A stretch of 64,000 nt of DNA from an uncultured Chromatiaceae bacterium (GTDB taxonomy: Bacteria > Pseudomonadota > Gammaproteobacteria > Tenderiales > Tenderiaceae). Numbering within the stretch: the stretch's first letter is position 1; each line of letters opens with the position of its first letter. Under the pieces are notes generated by a model that saw nothing but the letters and a program-made list of their open reading frames with translations, had not been told where the DNA came from and did no database searches. The translations under genes were made by a program, and so were the position numbers. Below are positions 54,286 through 64,000 of this stretch, one piece after another. Location: positions 14,946 to 78,945 of the forward strand of contig CALZIO010000007.1 of NCBI GenBank assembly GCA_945787785.1, written 5' to 3'.

Positions 54286-55383
54286 ATGACAGCAGCAATC
54301 GCGATTCAACAAATTTCTCACGTGAGTGATGAAGATTGTCAGGCGCGCATCCAGGCCGCAAAAGAGGTGCTGGGCGATCGTCTGTTAATTCTCGGGCATC
54401 ACTATCAGCGCGAAGAGGTGTTTCAGCATGCCGATGCCTCGGGGGATTCGCTCAAGCTATCACGTGTCGCCGCCGCTTCCAGGGCGGAATACATTGTCTT
54501 TTGTGGTGTGCATTTCATGGCCGAGGTGGCTGACATTCTGTCACGCCCAGACCAGGTGGCTATTCTGCCCGATCTGGCAGCGGGATGTTCCATGGCGGAT
54601 ATGGCCAATCTGGCCAAGGTCGAGCGGGCCTGGCGTGAAATGTCTGAAGTGATTAATCCGGATGAATGCGTTACCCCCGTTACCTACATTAATTCTGCCG
54701 CCGATCTGAAATCATTTTGTGGTGAACATGGTGGTATCGTCTGCACCTCAACCAATGCCGGTCACGTGCTTGACTGGGCCTTCGAGCGTCGCGAAAAGAT
54801 TTTATTTTTTCCTGATCAACACCTGGGTCGTAATACTGCTTATAAAATGGGTATTCCTCTAGAGCAGATGGTGGTGTGGGATTTTGATCAACCCATGGGG
54901 GGATTGACGGAAGATCAGATCAAGAATGCCAGAATGATCTTGTGGAAAGGCTTTTGTTCTGTACATCAGATGTTCAAGCCAGAACACATCGACGCTTTCA
55001 AGGCCAAATTTCCCGATGGCAAGGTAATTTCGCATCCCGAGTCGTCGTTTGAAGTGTGTCAGAAATCTGATTACGTCGGTTCAACCGAATACATCATCAA
55101 TACCATCAATGAGTCTGAAGATGGCAGCCGCTGGTTGGTCGGTACCGAGCTGAATCTGGTTAAACGCCTGGCCGAGCACAACAAGCCGCGTGGAACGAAT
55201 GTCCACTTCATGTCGCCAACCATTTGCATGTGTTCCACCATGTTCCGCATCGATCCGCAGCGCCTGTTGTGGACGCTGGAAAATCTGATCGAGGGCAATG
55301 TGGTGAATCAGATCAAGGTGCCGCAAAAAACAGCCGAGCAGGCGAGGTTGGCTCTGCAACGAATGCTGGATCTGAATATTTAG
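54286..55383 (+). CDS. nadA: Quinolinate synthase
   Basis: GHHYQ, GDS, FCGVHFMAE, AGCSMA, TYINS, CSVH, HPE, GST, GTE and C..M motifs. Confidence 0.96.
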   Translation: MTAAIAIQQISHVSDEDCQARIQAAKEVLGDRLLILGHHYQREEVFQHADASGDSLKLSRVAAASRAEYIVFCGVHFMAEVADILSRPDQVAILPDLAAGCSMADMANLAKVERAWREMSEVINPDECVTPVTYINSAADLKSFCGEHGGIVCTSTNAGHVLDWAFERREKILFFPDQHLGRNTAYKMGIPLEQMVVWDFDQPMGGLTEDQIKNARMILWKGFCSVHQMFKPEHIDAFKAKFPDGKVISHPESSFEVCQKSDYVGSTEYIINTINESEDGSRWLVGTELNLVKRLAEHNKPRGTNVHFMSPTICMCSTMFRIDPQRLLWTLENLIEGNVVNQIKVPQKTAEQARLALQRMLDLNI

Positions 55384-55409
55384 ACAGGTCGGATATAAAC
55401 GAATCAATG

Positions 55410-55438
55410 AGCCGCTACCCAGCGGCTTTTTTGTTTTT
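55410..55438 (+). terminator. Rho-independent terminator
   Basis: AGCCGCT-ACCC-AGCGGCTTTTTTGTTTTT. Confidence 0.8.
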
Positions 55439-55515
55439 AGCTTTATCAGATTGAGTCGCTAGTATGTAGACGTGAATATTTTTAATTCTGTGACGCTTGT
55501 TTGTATAACAATTAA

Positions 55516-56319
55516 GTGAGGTTCAGTGTGAACAGTTGCTATGAAAAAGTCATTGTTGCGATGGTCGTGTTGTCATCCCTTGTTTTGAGTTCAGGTTGTT
55601 CCACAGCTCCCTCGGTTAAGCAGGGTCCTGCGCCAAGTGGCATAGAAACGAAGGCTGAATCAGTCGCCATGGATACAGAAGGATGGTGGCACCTGCGCTT
55701 CAAAATTTACTGGTCTGGTGCTGACAAGTCGGATGAGACCGAGACGGAGGATGAAACTCAGGATGAAGTGCCTGCCTGGAATATAGGGCCATTGATTGCT
55801 GATCGTATTATTGCGCCAGTCATAAAGGAGCAGGGTAAGGATATTTTTCTGTGGCGCTTCCATCGTCGTGCAGCCGATGATGAAACCGGGCATCAGTTTA
55901 GTTTTATTTTTTACTCCAAGCCCGAGGTGGCCGACAAGGTTGTTGAAGCCGTAAAAGCAAACCTACTGGTAGAAGATTTGATAGAGTCAGGTCATTTAGT
56001 TGCGGTGAAATATCCTGACACGAGCACAATTGATAAACCTTTCATCGCTGATACGGCCGATCAACGTTGGCCTGATGAGATTAAAAAAACATGGCCCATC
56101 TTCATCATGGGGGCGAGTGAAATGTGGTTAATGATGGTGGAGTCTCTGGCAGAGGCTAATCCAGGAAACAAGCAAGAGATGGATGTGGAAGCACTGGTCC
56201 AGCTTTATCTCGAAGTAGAGCAAGAGCTCGACGCACTTTGGCGTGAAGAGTCACGCCATGCTTATTTTCATCATCTCAATGCCCTGTTTGGCTACGAGTA
56301 TTTGTTAGTCAGGTTTTAG
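55516..56319 (+). CDS. Hypothetical lipoprotein
   Basis: Lipobox LSSGC; globular body with LWRFHRRA, GHQFSF.FY and HHLNALFGY. Confidence 0.75.
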   Translation: MRFSVNSCYEKVIVAMVVLSSLVLSSGCSTAPSVKQGPAPSGIETKAESVAMDTEGWWHLRFKIYWSGADKSDETETEDETQDEVPAWNIGPLIADRIIAPVIKEQGKDIFLWRFHRRAADDETGHQFSFIFYSKPEVADKVVEAVKANLLVEDLIESGHLVAVKYPDTSTIDKPFIADTADQRWPDEIKKTWPIFIMGASEMWLMMVESLAEANPGNKQEMDVEALVQLYLEVEQELDALWREESRHAYFHHLNALFGYEYLLVRF

Positions 56320-56366
56320 CAGACTGTTGAAATGTCGCTGAATTCTGGGAACAAAAATTAAGCCAC

Positions 56367-56651
56367 CTAAAACTGCACCCCAATCTCAAACGACTCCTGA
56401 TTATCGGTGTCTTTTCTCCAGCGCACTTTTGCAACTCTTGCGCCGGTATAACCTTCAATGCCTTCAAACCAGAGCTCTTCCTCGGGTTCGTGCGCGAAAT
56501 TAACCCTCAGGCCGAGGCCGCCCATGCTGATGTTGGTAATAGTGCCAAAGTAATGGACGCGGTCATTTTCCTGCTCGTGGCTGTCTTTGGAAAAATAGAT
56601 AGTTTCTTCCGACATGGGTGTGCGTGAAAATTGGCGCTGCTCAATAGACAT
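56367..56651 (-). CDS. Stand-alone PilZ domain protein
   Basis: EQRQFSR (RxxxR), NISMGG and IGVQF; GGGAG RBS. Confidence 0.88.
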   Translation of the reverse strand: MSIEQRQFSRTPMSEETIYFSKDSHEQENDRVHYFGTITNISMGGLGLRVNFAHEPEEELWFEGIEGYTGARVAKVRWRKDTDNQESFEIGVQF

Positions 56652-56747
56652 AACTCCCCCTCCCTGAAGGTTGATTAATCATGCCTGAGCATAACAAGGC
56701 TTGGCTTTGTTTCTCAAATTTTGGCTAAAGAAGATAGTGAAGGCTAT

Positions 56748-56794
56748 TTGACTTATCCTCGGGCTTGTCTATAATTCGAAATATGTCGAATTAT
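56748..56794 (+). promoter_or_regulatory. Sigma-70 promoter overlapped by a putative ArsR operator
   Basis: TTGACT-N16-TATAAT; inverted repeat ATAATTCGA-N6-TCGAATTAT at 56771-56794. Confidence 0.7.
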
Positions 56795-57094
56795 CATATT
56801 AATAATACCCCCTTGGATGAGATGTTCAAGGCTTTGAGCAATCCTCACCGCTTGGAGCTGTTCTATCGATTGATGAATTGTTGTAGCCCGGGGACTAAAT
56901 GTGGTGTAGAGGAAGAGCGGTTTTGTGTTGGTGAGTTGGGTGAAGGGATGAATATTGCGCCCTCTACCCTGTCTCACCATCTTAAAGAATTGCATCGCGC
57001 CGGCCTGATCCAGATGGAGCGGCGCGGAAAGAATGTGGAGTGCTGGTTGGAGCCAAGTGTTCTGACTGAATTGAGCGCCTTTTTTAAAGTTTGA
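56783..57094 (+). CDS. arsR: ArsR/SmtB family repressor
   Basis: FKALSNP.RL, CC....C, CVGELG and STLSHHLKEL..AGL motifs. Confidence 0.92.
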   Translation: MSNYHINNTPLDEMFKALSNPHRLELFYRLMNCCSPGTKCGVEEERFCVGELGEGMNIAPSTLSHHLKELHRAGLIQMERRGKNVECWLEPSVLTELSAFFKV

Positions 57095-57117
57095 ATGATT
57101 TTTGTAAGGAGTTAGCT

Positions 57118-57984
57118 ATGAGTTCTTGTTGCCCCCCCAAAACAAAAAAAACTGATCATGCAACACATGATAATCACAGACAGGATGTTCGTGATGCTTA
57201 TGCCAAGGTAGCGAATGCAGAAAATAATGGTGACAGCTGTGGCATTGAAAGCAGTTGCTGTGGTGTCTCAGATGATGTAGCTATTAATACCTTGATCTCA
57301 ACGCGATTGGGTTACAGCGAAGAAGACCTGGCCAAAGCGCCTAGCGGCGCAGACATGGGGCTGGGTTGTGGTAATCCACGTGCAATTGCTTCACTGAAAG
57401 CTGGTGAGGTTGTAATAGACCTGGGTGCTGGTGGTGGCTTCGATTGTTTTCTGGCCTCTCATGAAGTGGGTGAAACGGGCCATGTGATTGGTGTCGATAT
57501 GACCCCCGATATGCTGAGCAAGGCACGCAATAATGCTGCTAATGGTCAGTATAAAAATGTTGAATTTCGTTTGGGTGAAATCGAGCACCTGCCCGTTGCC
57601 GATGAAACTGCTGATGTGATTATTTCAAATTGCGTGATTAACCTGTCGCCTAACAAGCAGCAGGTATTCAATGATGCTTTTCGCAGCTTGAAACCTGGTG
57701 GTCGCCTGGCTATTTCCGATGTTGTGGCAACTGTGGAATTGCCAGAAGAGATGCGCAATGATGCAGCCCTGATTGCAGGTTGCATGGGGAATGCTTCATT
57801 GATTGAAGATCTAAATGAAATGATCAAGGCGGTTGGCTTTGTTGATGTGCGCATCGAACCCAAAGATGAATCAAAAGAGTTTATTCGTGATTGGGCGCCA
57901 GATCATAATGTGACTGACTATGTTGTGTCTGCAACGATTGAAGCTGTGAAACCGGGTTGTGTGCCTGGTGCAGGCTGTTGCTGA
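57118..57984 (+). CDS. arsM: Arsenite methyltransferase
   Basis: SCCG, GLGCGNP, DLGAGGGFD, GVDMT, ISNCVINL and GC; terminal CC; follows arsR. Confidence 0.92.
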   Translation: MSSCCPPKTKKTDHATHDNHRQDVRDAYAKVANAENNGDSCGIESSCCGVSDDVAINTLISTRLGYSEEDLAKAPSGADMGLGCGNPRAIASLKAGEVVIDLGAGGGFDCFLASHEVGETGHVIGVDMTPDMLSKARNNAANGQYKNVEFRLGEIEHLPVADETADVIISNCVINLSPNKQQVFNDAFRSLKPGGRLAISDVVATVELPEEMRNDAALIAGCMGNASLIEDLNEMIKAVGFVDVRIEPKDESKEFIRDWAPDHNVTDYVVSATIEAVKPGCVPGAGCC

Positions 57985-58112
57985 TTAACTCAGACTACGG
58001 GGCATACAAATGTTATTAAATCTCTCCCTCTGAAAGGGAGGGAGAGAGATAAAACCTATCTCAATCATAAATCTGATGCGAGATAGCTAAGATAGAAGAG
58101 CCGGTGAACTTT

Positions 58113-59135
58113 TTATAAAACGTCAATCGAAGTGACTGAAAACGGACTCCCGTACTGCACTAGATTGGTGAAATCAACGACGATTGTCGTTAGATTGTTA
58201 CTGTAGTCGCTAAGATAAGCGCTGACTTTAAATTCACCATCTGACGGAACTATAAGCTGGCCATTATTACTGAAAACAATTTCCAACGGGCCATCGATTG
58301 CCTTACCGTCAACAAAGAAATAAGCATGCCAGGTGTTCGCCAGAGGTGTGAGCACAAAGTAAATAGTCAAGGGTTTAGCTTCACCGTCCTCATTGTATAT
58401 GGGTACAGACAAGCTGAAATTATAAGTATATCCGTCTAACGAATTGAAGGAATGGTTTTGAGTGGGTGTGGATTGGGCATCAAGATTAGCTGAAATCCTG
58501 ATTAGATTTGTTGGCGCAATTTGGTCTGGTCCCAGAGCAATAGTTTCTTGGTGGCAACCGCGGTGTGCCTCTATGGCCAGACTCCAGTCATCCACTCTGA
58601 AAATGCTCTTGGTATTTGAGGTTCCCCAATGAGCCGCGACTTCAACTTCTCTAACTTCTCGATTGCTCTTGTTGTGCGAAGTGCGTGGAATGCAGATATG
58701 ACGCTGAAAACTTATTGGTAAATCACGGGTGTACCTAGGAATCGGCACGCTTGCCTTTGGTGTGGTCATGTTACCGTCTGCCAATATTTTAAATTCGCAA
58801 CCATCTAGATACCCCTGACCTTCGCACGTTACAAGGCCGGACCATTCGATGTCGAGTGTGATATCCGAGTTGCTGGGTAATTCGAGCAAGGACACAGCGC
58901 CATCTAATGGAATGAACTGGCCCGCCCGGTTCATTTGGGGGGTAATGCTGGTTATTCTGCGTTTGAAAATTAATCTGCGCGAATCGGTTTGCACGACTGA
59001 ATCGACTGTATCTGGTGTGTCATAAGTTGCCACATGCGGCCACTTATTGCCGTGACCTCGAGCAACAGTTGTTGTGCTAAAGAACGTTAGTAGGAGAATG
59101 AGAAATAGGATGTTTGTGGTGGATTTAAATTGCAT
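58113..59135 (-). CDS. Secreted protein with a C-terminal FlgE D2 (FlaE)-like domain
   Basis: GGAGG RBS and Sec-type signal; C-terminus ANLDA...F...D..TYN.S...IY...G....LT.YFV....NTW...F..NGQL...DFT...QYGS.F.V. Confidence 0.72.
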   Translation of the reverse strand: MQFKSTTNILFLILLLTFFSTTTVARGHGNKWPHVATYDTPDTVDSVVQTDSRRLIFKRRITSITPQMNRAGQFIPLDGAVSLLELPSNSDITLDIEWSGLVTCEGQGYLDGCEFKILADGNMTTPKASVPIPRYTRDLPISFQRHICIPRTSHNKSNREVREVEVAAHWGTSNTKSIFRVDDWSLAIEAHRGCHQETIALGPDQIAPTNLIRISANLDAQSTPTQNHSFNSLDGYTYNFSLSVPIYNEDGEAKPLTIYFVLTPLANTWHAYFFVDGKAIDGPLEIVFSNNGQLIVPSDGEFKVSAYLSDYSNNLTTIVVDFTNLVQYGSPFSVTSIDVL

Positions 59136-59244
59136 AAGCGTTAACCTCCAGAGTCTTATAGAAAATTACCAACACAGTCAGGTTACTCAAGCGCTGTAAC
59201 CGATTTGGGTGCCTCGGCCTTGAGCCAGCGGCGATTCACATTGA

Positions 59245-59260
59245 TACAAATACTGTGCCA
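59245..59260 (-). promoter_or_regulatory. Putative sigma-54 promoter
   Basis: Minus strand TGGCAC-AGTAT-TTGTA (one mismatch to TTGC), about 110 nt before the ATG at 59135. Confidence 0.4.
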
Positions 59261-59527
59261 GCAAAAATGGAAGCAAGAGAATCTGAAAGAAATAAAGGTA
59301 TAAAAATAGCGAAGTGCGTAGTATTAATTTAATCGTGAAGTTGGCTCTTGTATTTGGCGCGATCTACCAATTCCAGCTTATGGAGCTAAGTTTCCACGGT
59401 ATGCCATATGCGGTAGATACCAACCCAGTAAGCAGAGCCCTATCCCAATCAAACCTGCCGCGTTATTATAGTAAGCAACAAAGTGTCCTGACGAGCCCAT
59501 AGGCATTCACTAAAACGGAAAATAACA

Positions 59528-60079
59528 ATGCACGATGCCGACTACTTGCCCCTTTTTATAATTGCTATTGTTGTCCCGGTGATATGGGCGATTATTGTCT
59601 ATAATCGCTTCATTAAATACCAAAACATGATCGAAGAGTCCTGGAGTGGAATAGACGTAACATTGAAGCGCCGCTTTAATCTTATTCCGAATCTCATCGA
59701 AGCAGTGAAGCTTTATGGTAAACATGAGTCAGAAGTTCTGGAAAGCGTAACTCATCAAAGAGTGAGTTCTGAAGCTATGGTCGATCGTACCGAACATGAG
59801 AGTGCCATCTCACAATCATTGCAAAATCTTCTGGCAGTTGCCGAGGCGTATCCTGATTTAAAGGCCAACCAAAATTTTCTTATGTTGCAACACAGCCTGA
59901 ATGAGATTGAAAAGGAGGTTCAAACTGCCCGGCAACAATACAATGGCGCTGTGCGTAGGAAAAATACGTTGGTGCAATCCTTTCCCAGCAACTTAATCGC
60001 CCGTCTATTTAACTTTCGATCCACCGAATATTTTTCGCTGGAACTCGCCACTCAACGGGAGTTGCCTAAGGTGAGTTAG
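59528..60079 (+). CDS. LemA family protein
   Basis: N-terminal TM helix; YN, W..IDV.LKRR..LIPNL, AEAYPDLKAN.NF and FPSN.IA motifs. Confidence 0.93.
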   Translation: MHDADYLPLFIIAIVVPVIWAIIVYNRFIKYQNMIEESWSGIDVTLKRRFNLIPNLIEAVKLYGKHESEVLESVTHQRVSSEAMVDRTEHESAISQSLQNLLAVAEAYPDLKANQNFLMLQHSLNEIEKEVQTARQQYNGAVRRKNTLVQSFPSNLIARLFNFRSTEYFSLELATQRELPKVS

Positions 60080-60125
60080 TCAGTGAGTAGTAAGGCAGAA
60101 TAATTAAAAGGCATTATGCCGCATG

Positions 60126-60362
60126 CTACACGCCTACATGCCGCGCTTGCACACTCTTAACATTATCATCCTCAGCCATGTATGAAATGTGTGGATATGT
60201 CACACCTTTGAATGTCATGTTGTGACCACAAATCATACATTCGTGCGGATTCTCACCGGTTTCCTTGTTGGTGGGACCAGTTTGTTGCATCATACCGTAG
60301 CCACATTTGTCACAGACATAATTGACCTCTACGGGCATAACCTTACGTTTTATTTCTGGCAT
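60126..60362 (-). CDS. Small zinc-ribbon protein
   Basis: Y.CDKCG.G.M...H.C..CGH......YP; GGGGAG RBS. Confidence 0.7.
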   Translation of the reverse strand: MPEIKRKVMPVEVNYVCDKCGYGMMQQTGPTNKETGENPHECMICGHNMTFKGVTYPHISYMAEDDNVKSVQARHVGV

Positions 60363-60707
60363 CGCAACTCTCCCCGGTCTATTGCTATAACAAAGTATAG
60401 TCCAAGCTGGTCTGAATCTCTGTTGACAAGATGAAATCTCGAATTAATTGCCACACAGACAATAGTTTTTTGTTTCCATAGAGCTTCATAAGACAGTTAT
60501 ATAATTGTTGTTTATACCTTGATTTAGAAACATAAGTCGTTTGAAAAATTAGCAGCTGAACTGCTTGGTGCTTAAATCTCTAAATATCTCTTATGTTTCA
60601 TATTGTTTATTTTCCGTGAGCATTTTCTATACTTAGATCATTGGGAAGGGTAATCAATTGATGTGCGAAGGGCAGTAATTCGTGATTTGCGTTCAGGAAG
60701 GAATGCG

Positions 60708-61640
60708 ATGAAAAAGATTGCTATTGTTGGCCCTGGCCGTGTCGGCGAATCGGCCGCCCAGATCCTTGCTAAAGAAGAGTTATGCCATGAGCTGGTATTG
60801 ATTGGAGAGTATTCAGACAGCACCCAAGGTATCGCTCTGGATATCCAGGAGACTGCACCGCTGTTCGGTTTCGATACCCGGGTTTTTGGCGGGGCTGATC
60901 CAGAGGCTATGAGCGGGTCCGATTTGGTGATTGTTTGTGCCGGTTCACCAAGAAAGCCAGGCATGTCGCGTGATGCCCTTCTGGATGCTAACCTACCGAT
61001 CATTAGCTCAATTGTCGATAGTGTTATGCGCTTTGCGCCTGATGCTATGTTGCTCATGGTGACCAATCCTGTGGATGTATTGACCTATCAGGTTTGGCGC
61101 CATTCTGGCTGGGATCGAAGGCGGGTGTTTGGATTGTCCGGTGTTTTGGATAGCACACGCATGGCAAGTTTTATTGCTCTCGAAACAGGCTTCTCAGTTA
61201 AGGACATCACAGCTATGGTATTAGGTGGCCATGGTGATGCGATGGTTCCGTTACCACGGTACAGCAGCATCAACGGAGTCCCCATCGATAACTTTCTGAG
61301 TGCGGAGACCATTGCACGTCTAATCGAACATACCCGCAAAGGTGGTGCCGAAATTATTGCGCTGAAGAAAACCAGTAGCGCCTATGATTCACCAGCAGCA
61401 TCCATCGCAGCGATGGTTGATGCAGTTAGCCTCGACCGTCGGCGCATTTTGCCTTGTGTGGCGATCCTTGATGGTGAATACGGTGAACAGGATATTGCCA
61501 TGGGGGTGCCCGTAGTACTTGCGGCAAACGGTGTGGAGAAGGTGGTCGAGCTATCGTTGAGTGAAGACGAGCAAACCGCGCTGGCAAAGTCCGCGGCGCA
61601 ACTGCGTAGCATTATTGATAAGGCTGAAATCAATGTATAG
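60708..61640 (+). CDS. mdh: Malate dehydrogenase (LDH-like clade)
   Basis: [36 protein letters not shown] and LGGHGD motifs; next to gltA. Confidence 0.93.
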   Translation: MKKIAIVGPGRVGESAAQILAKEELCHELVLIGEYSDSTQGIALDIQETAPLFGFDTRVFGGADPEAMSGSDLVIVCAGSPRKPGMSRDALLDANLPIISSIVDSVMRFAPDAMLLMVTNPVDVLTYQVWRHSGWDRRRVFGLSGVLDSTRMASFIALETGFSVKDITAMVLGGHGDAMVPLPRYSSINGVPIDNFLSAETIARLIEHTRKGGAEIIALKKTSSAYDSPAASIAAMVDAVSLDRRRILPCVAILDGEYGEQDIAMGVPVVLAANGVEKVVELSLSEDEQTALAKSAAQLRSIIDKAEINV

Positions 61641-61651
61641 GAGTAATTGCA

Positions 61652-62953
61652 ATGCCAGATAGAGTGACGCTGACTGATAGCAGGAGCGGTAAGGTGATAG
61701 AGCTCCCTCTGCTGCACGGCACGCATGGTCCTCCTGTATTTGATATTGGTCGCTTGTATCGAGAGTTGGGCTATTTCACCTATGATCCCGGTTTTCTTTC
61801 TACCGCCAGCTGTCACAGTGCTGTTACTTTTATCGATGGTGAAGAGGGTGTGTTGCTTTACCGTGGTTACCCCATAGAGCAATTGGCAGAACACAGTAGC
61901 TTTTACGAGGTCGCTTATTTATTAATGAATGAGGAATTGCCAACACAAGGGCAACTCGATAATTTCACCACGCTTATCAGTCAACACACTATGATCAATG
62001 AGAGCCTGAAGAATTTCTATCGAGGTTTCAATCACGATGCCCACCCCATGGCAATTATGGTGGGTGTGGTTGGTTCTCTTTCGGCCTTTTATCACGACTC
62101 TACTGATATTCATAATCCAGCGCATCGTGAGATTGCCGCTCTGCGCATGATTGCCAAGATGCCCACTATCGCTGCCGCAAGTTATAAACATTCAATCGGC
62201 GAGCCTTTTGTCTACCCGCGCAATTCATATAGTTATGCCGGCAATTTGCTGCACATGATGTTCTCAGTACCCAGTGAAGAGTATGAGCTGGATCCGGTGG
62301 CAGAAAAGGCGCTCGATCTGATTTTTGTATTGCACGCCGATCATGAACAAAATGCCAGCACCTCCACCGTGCGTCTGGCCGGGAGCTCGGGAGCCAATCC
62401 TTTTGCCTGTATCGCCTCTGGCATTGCAGCCTTGTGGGGACCAGCGCATGGTGGTGCGAATGAGGCGGTGTTGCGCATGTTGGAAGAGATTGGTGATATC
62501 GCTAATATTCCTGCATACATTGCCAGAGCCAAGGATAAGGGCGATGGGTTCCGGCTAATGGGTTTTGGTCACCGAATCTATAAAAATTATGATCCGCGTG
62601 CTCGAATCATTCGCGAGATGTGTCATGAGGTATTGAGTAAGTTGGGGAATGAAAATGATCCACTTTTTGAGTTAGCGCTAAAACTGGAAGAAGTTGCACT
62701 CAATGATGATTACTTTGTGTCAAAAAAGCTCTATCCCAATGTTGATTTCTATTCGGGCCTTATTTACAGGGCCTTAGGCATACCTATCAATATGTTTACT
62801 GTGATGTTCGCAATCGCCCGTACGGTAGGTTGGGCCGCTCATTGGAAGGAAATGATTGGCGAACCTCAGCAACGTATAGGCAGACCGCGCCAGCTTTATG
62901 ATGGACCGGCACACCGTGATTACCTAGCCATTGAAAAGCGCTCATCACAATAG
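61652..62953 (+). CDS. gltA: Citrate synthase (type II)
   Basis: [32 protein letters not shown] and YPNVDFYSG motifs. Confidence 0.97.
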   Translation: MPDRVTLTDSRSGKVIELPLLHGTHGPPVFDIGRLYRELGYFTYDPGFLSTASCHSAVTFIDGEEGVLLYRGYPIEQLAEHSSFYEVAYLLMNEELPTQGQLDNFTTLISQHTMINESLKNFYRGFNHDAHPMAIMVGVVGSLSAFYHDSTDIHNPAHREIAALRMIAKMPTIAAASYKHSIGEPFVYPRNSYSYAGNLLHMMFSVPSEEYELDPVAEKALDLIFVLHADHEQNASTSTVRLAGSSGANPFACIASGIAALWGPAHGGANEAVLRMLEEIGDIANIPAYIARAKDKGDGFRLMGFGHRIYKNYDPRARIIREMCHEVLSKLGNENDPLFELALKLEEVALNDDYFVSKKLYPNVDFYSGLIYRALGIPINMFTVMFAIARTVGWAAHWKEMIGEPQQRIGRPRQLYDGPAHRDYLAIEKRSSQ

Positions 62954-63119
62954 TTTCGTACTGCTGTATTTTCCTGCTCATGAAAGAGGCTGCGAAACAG
63001 CAATATCAATAGCTAAGAAAAATTAGTTTTAAAAGGCAATGTTCAATCATTGTGTCAATGCTTGCATAAGCTCAATAAGAGCAATAGCACTTCATTAGCA
63101 CAAAGACGATATTCGTAGC

Positions 63120-63500
63120 TTATTCGAAATCGTCCAGATATTTTCTTAGGGCCATGAATAACAAACAATTGTGATCCATATTTGTAGGATCAAACTCGAT
63201 CCCAATCTGGTAGGCGCCTGCATTGGTTGATTCAGGTGCAGGATCTTTGTTTTCTGTGCACCAGGCAACGCGTCCATTGATGGCTAATTTGAAATCAGGG
63301 GCACTATAATTCAGGCGGATGCTAGTGTCTGTTGCGACTTCCTGGGGGAAGCAAAGACCGATGCCTGAAATTGAAACATCTGTAACATTTACAATTGGAT
63401 AGCTTTTTCCATCAATCGTGATTTGAAATTCGCCATTGATCTCTCTGGCTATCGTCTTTCTTTCGTTCTGGCGTCTCTCATGTTCTGTAGTCATCGTCAT
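63120..63500 (-). CDS. Stand-alone PilZ domain protein
   Basis: ERRQNER, DVSISG, G.VAW and IGIEF motifs. Confidence 0.88.
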   Translation of the reverse strand: MTMTTEHERRQNERKTIAREINGEFQITIDGKSYPIVNVTDVSISGIGLCFPQEVATDTSIRLNYSAPDFKLAINGRVAWCTENKDPAPESTNAGAYQIGIEFDPTNMDHNCLLFMALRKYLDDFE

Positions 63501-63572
63501 ACCCTTATAGTTCTTAATTCACTATGTTTAATCTATATCGGACACGGTGCATGACTCTGTAGCTATTTGCGC

Positions 63573-63933
63573 CTAGATTTTAGTCGGCTTTCCATCCAGG
63601 CTGGTTTGATTTTTATCGCGCCAATACTGCTTTATTCCATCATCCCCTTTTTTCTCAGACCAGTTGATTAATGCATCCCGGTCACCAAGATAATCAAATA
63701 AGGGCACACCCATGCCGCAGGAGGTTTGCACCATGTCGATTTCAAGATCGAAGATCTGACGTGCCCCGGGTAGCGGAGTGAAGTGGGAGTAGAGTTCGGC
63801 CCACTGCGTATCGTTTGGGTGAACAACCCTGGCCTGGCCATACAGGCGTAGAATGACTGGACTACCTTCAAAGGCGCACATCATCACGGTCATGCGTGGA
63901 TTTTGTTGCCCATGAGCTGAGTCCTGTTAGGTT
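63573..63933 (-). pseudogene. C-terminal part of a pyridoxamine 5'-phosphate oxidase-family protein, 5' end disrupted
   Basis: SAH...NPRMT.M.CAFEG.P.ILRLYG, PGARQI, VQTSCG.GVP and N..SLDG.P motifs; upstream NLTG is out of frame. Confidence 0.75.
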
Positions 63934-64000
63934 TACACCCAAGTTTGCCGTCCGCCGGGGGGCTGGCAATTATATAAGGGTGCTCTGCGCAGGTATGATT

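Noticed and set aside
59314-59502. 62-aa ORF upstream of lemA
   Set aside because: GTG start without a clear RBS and no motif; lies in a divergent promoter region

Overview
A 64-kb, mostly housekeeping chromosomal stretch, probably from a motile gammaproteobacterium (inferred from the apbC-dcd / purN-purM-DUF2066-AI-2E-hda gene order and the proteins themselves). Core genes are apbC, dcd, purN, purM, hda, nadC, proS, an aspartase/fumarase, wrbA, clpB, acnB, aspS, nadA, mdh and gltA. Between them sit chemotaxis receptors, two PilZ proteins, large secreted or surface proteins, arsR-arsM, a DUF1538/PII/CBS operon and an AMP-phosphorylase-family + Prs-like + DUF1614 cassette. I recognised no rRNA, tRNA, CRISPR array, phage gene or autonomous transposase. 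Best leads: (1) a compact operon of a CheY-like receiver, a double-zinc-ribbon protein ending in a CheZ/FliM-like 'SQDDIKALL' peptide, and an orphan PilB/GspE ATPase; (2) a Sec-signal protein carrying a flagellar-hook FlgE D2-like domain, away from any flagellar operon; (3) a 121-bp non-autonomous element with IS200/IS605-like ends whose precise removal rejoins the reading frame of the gene it interrupts; (4) an amylosucrase-like pseudogene bracketed by two diverged copies of the acnB 3' end; (5) a helically phased TGTTA(T/G)(A/G)CA triple repeat at three separate promoter regions; (6) a large surface protein separated from its N-terminal leader by a G7 tract. All family calls come from motif recognition by eye, not from database searches.
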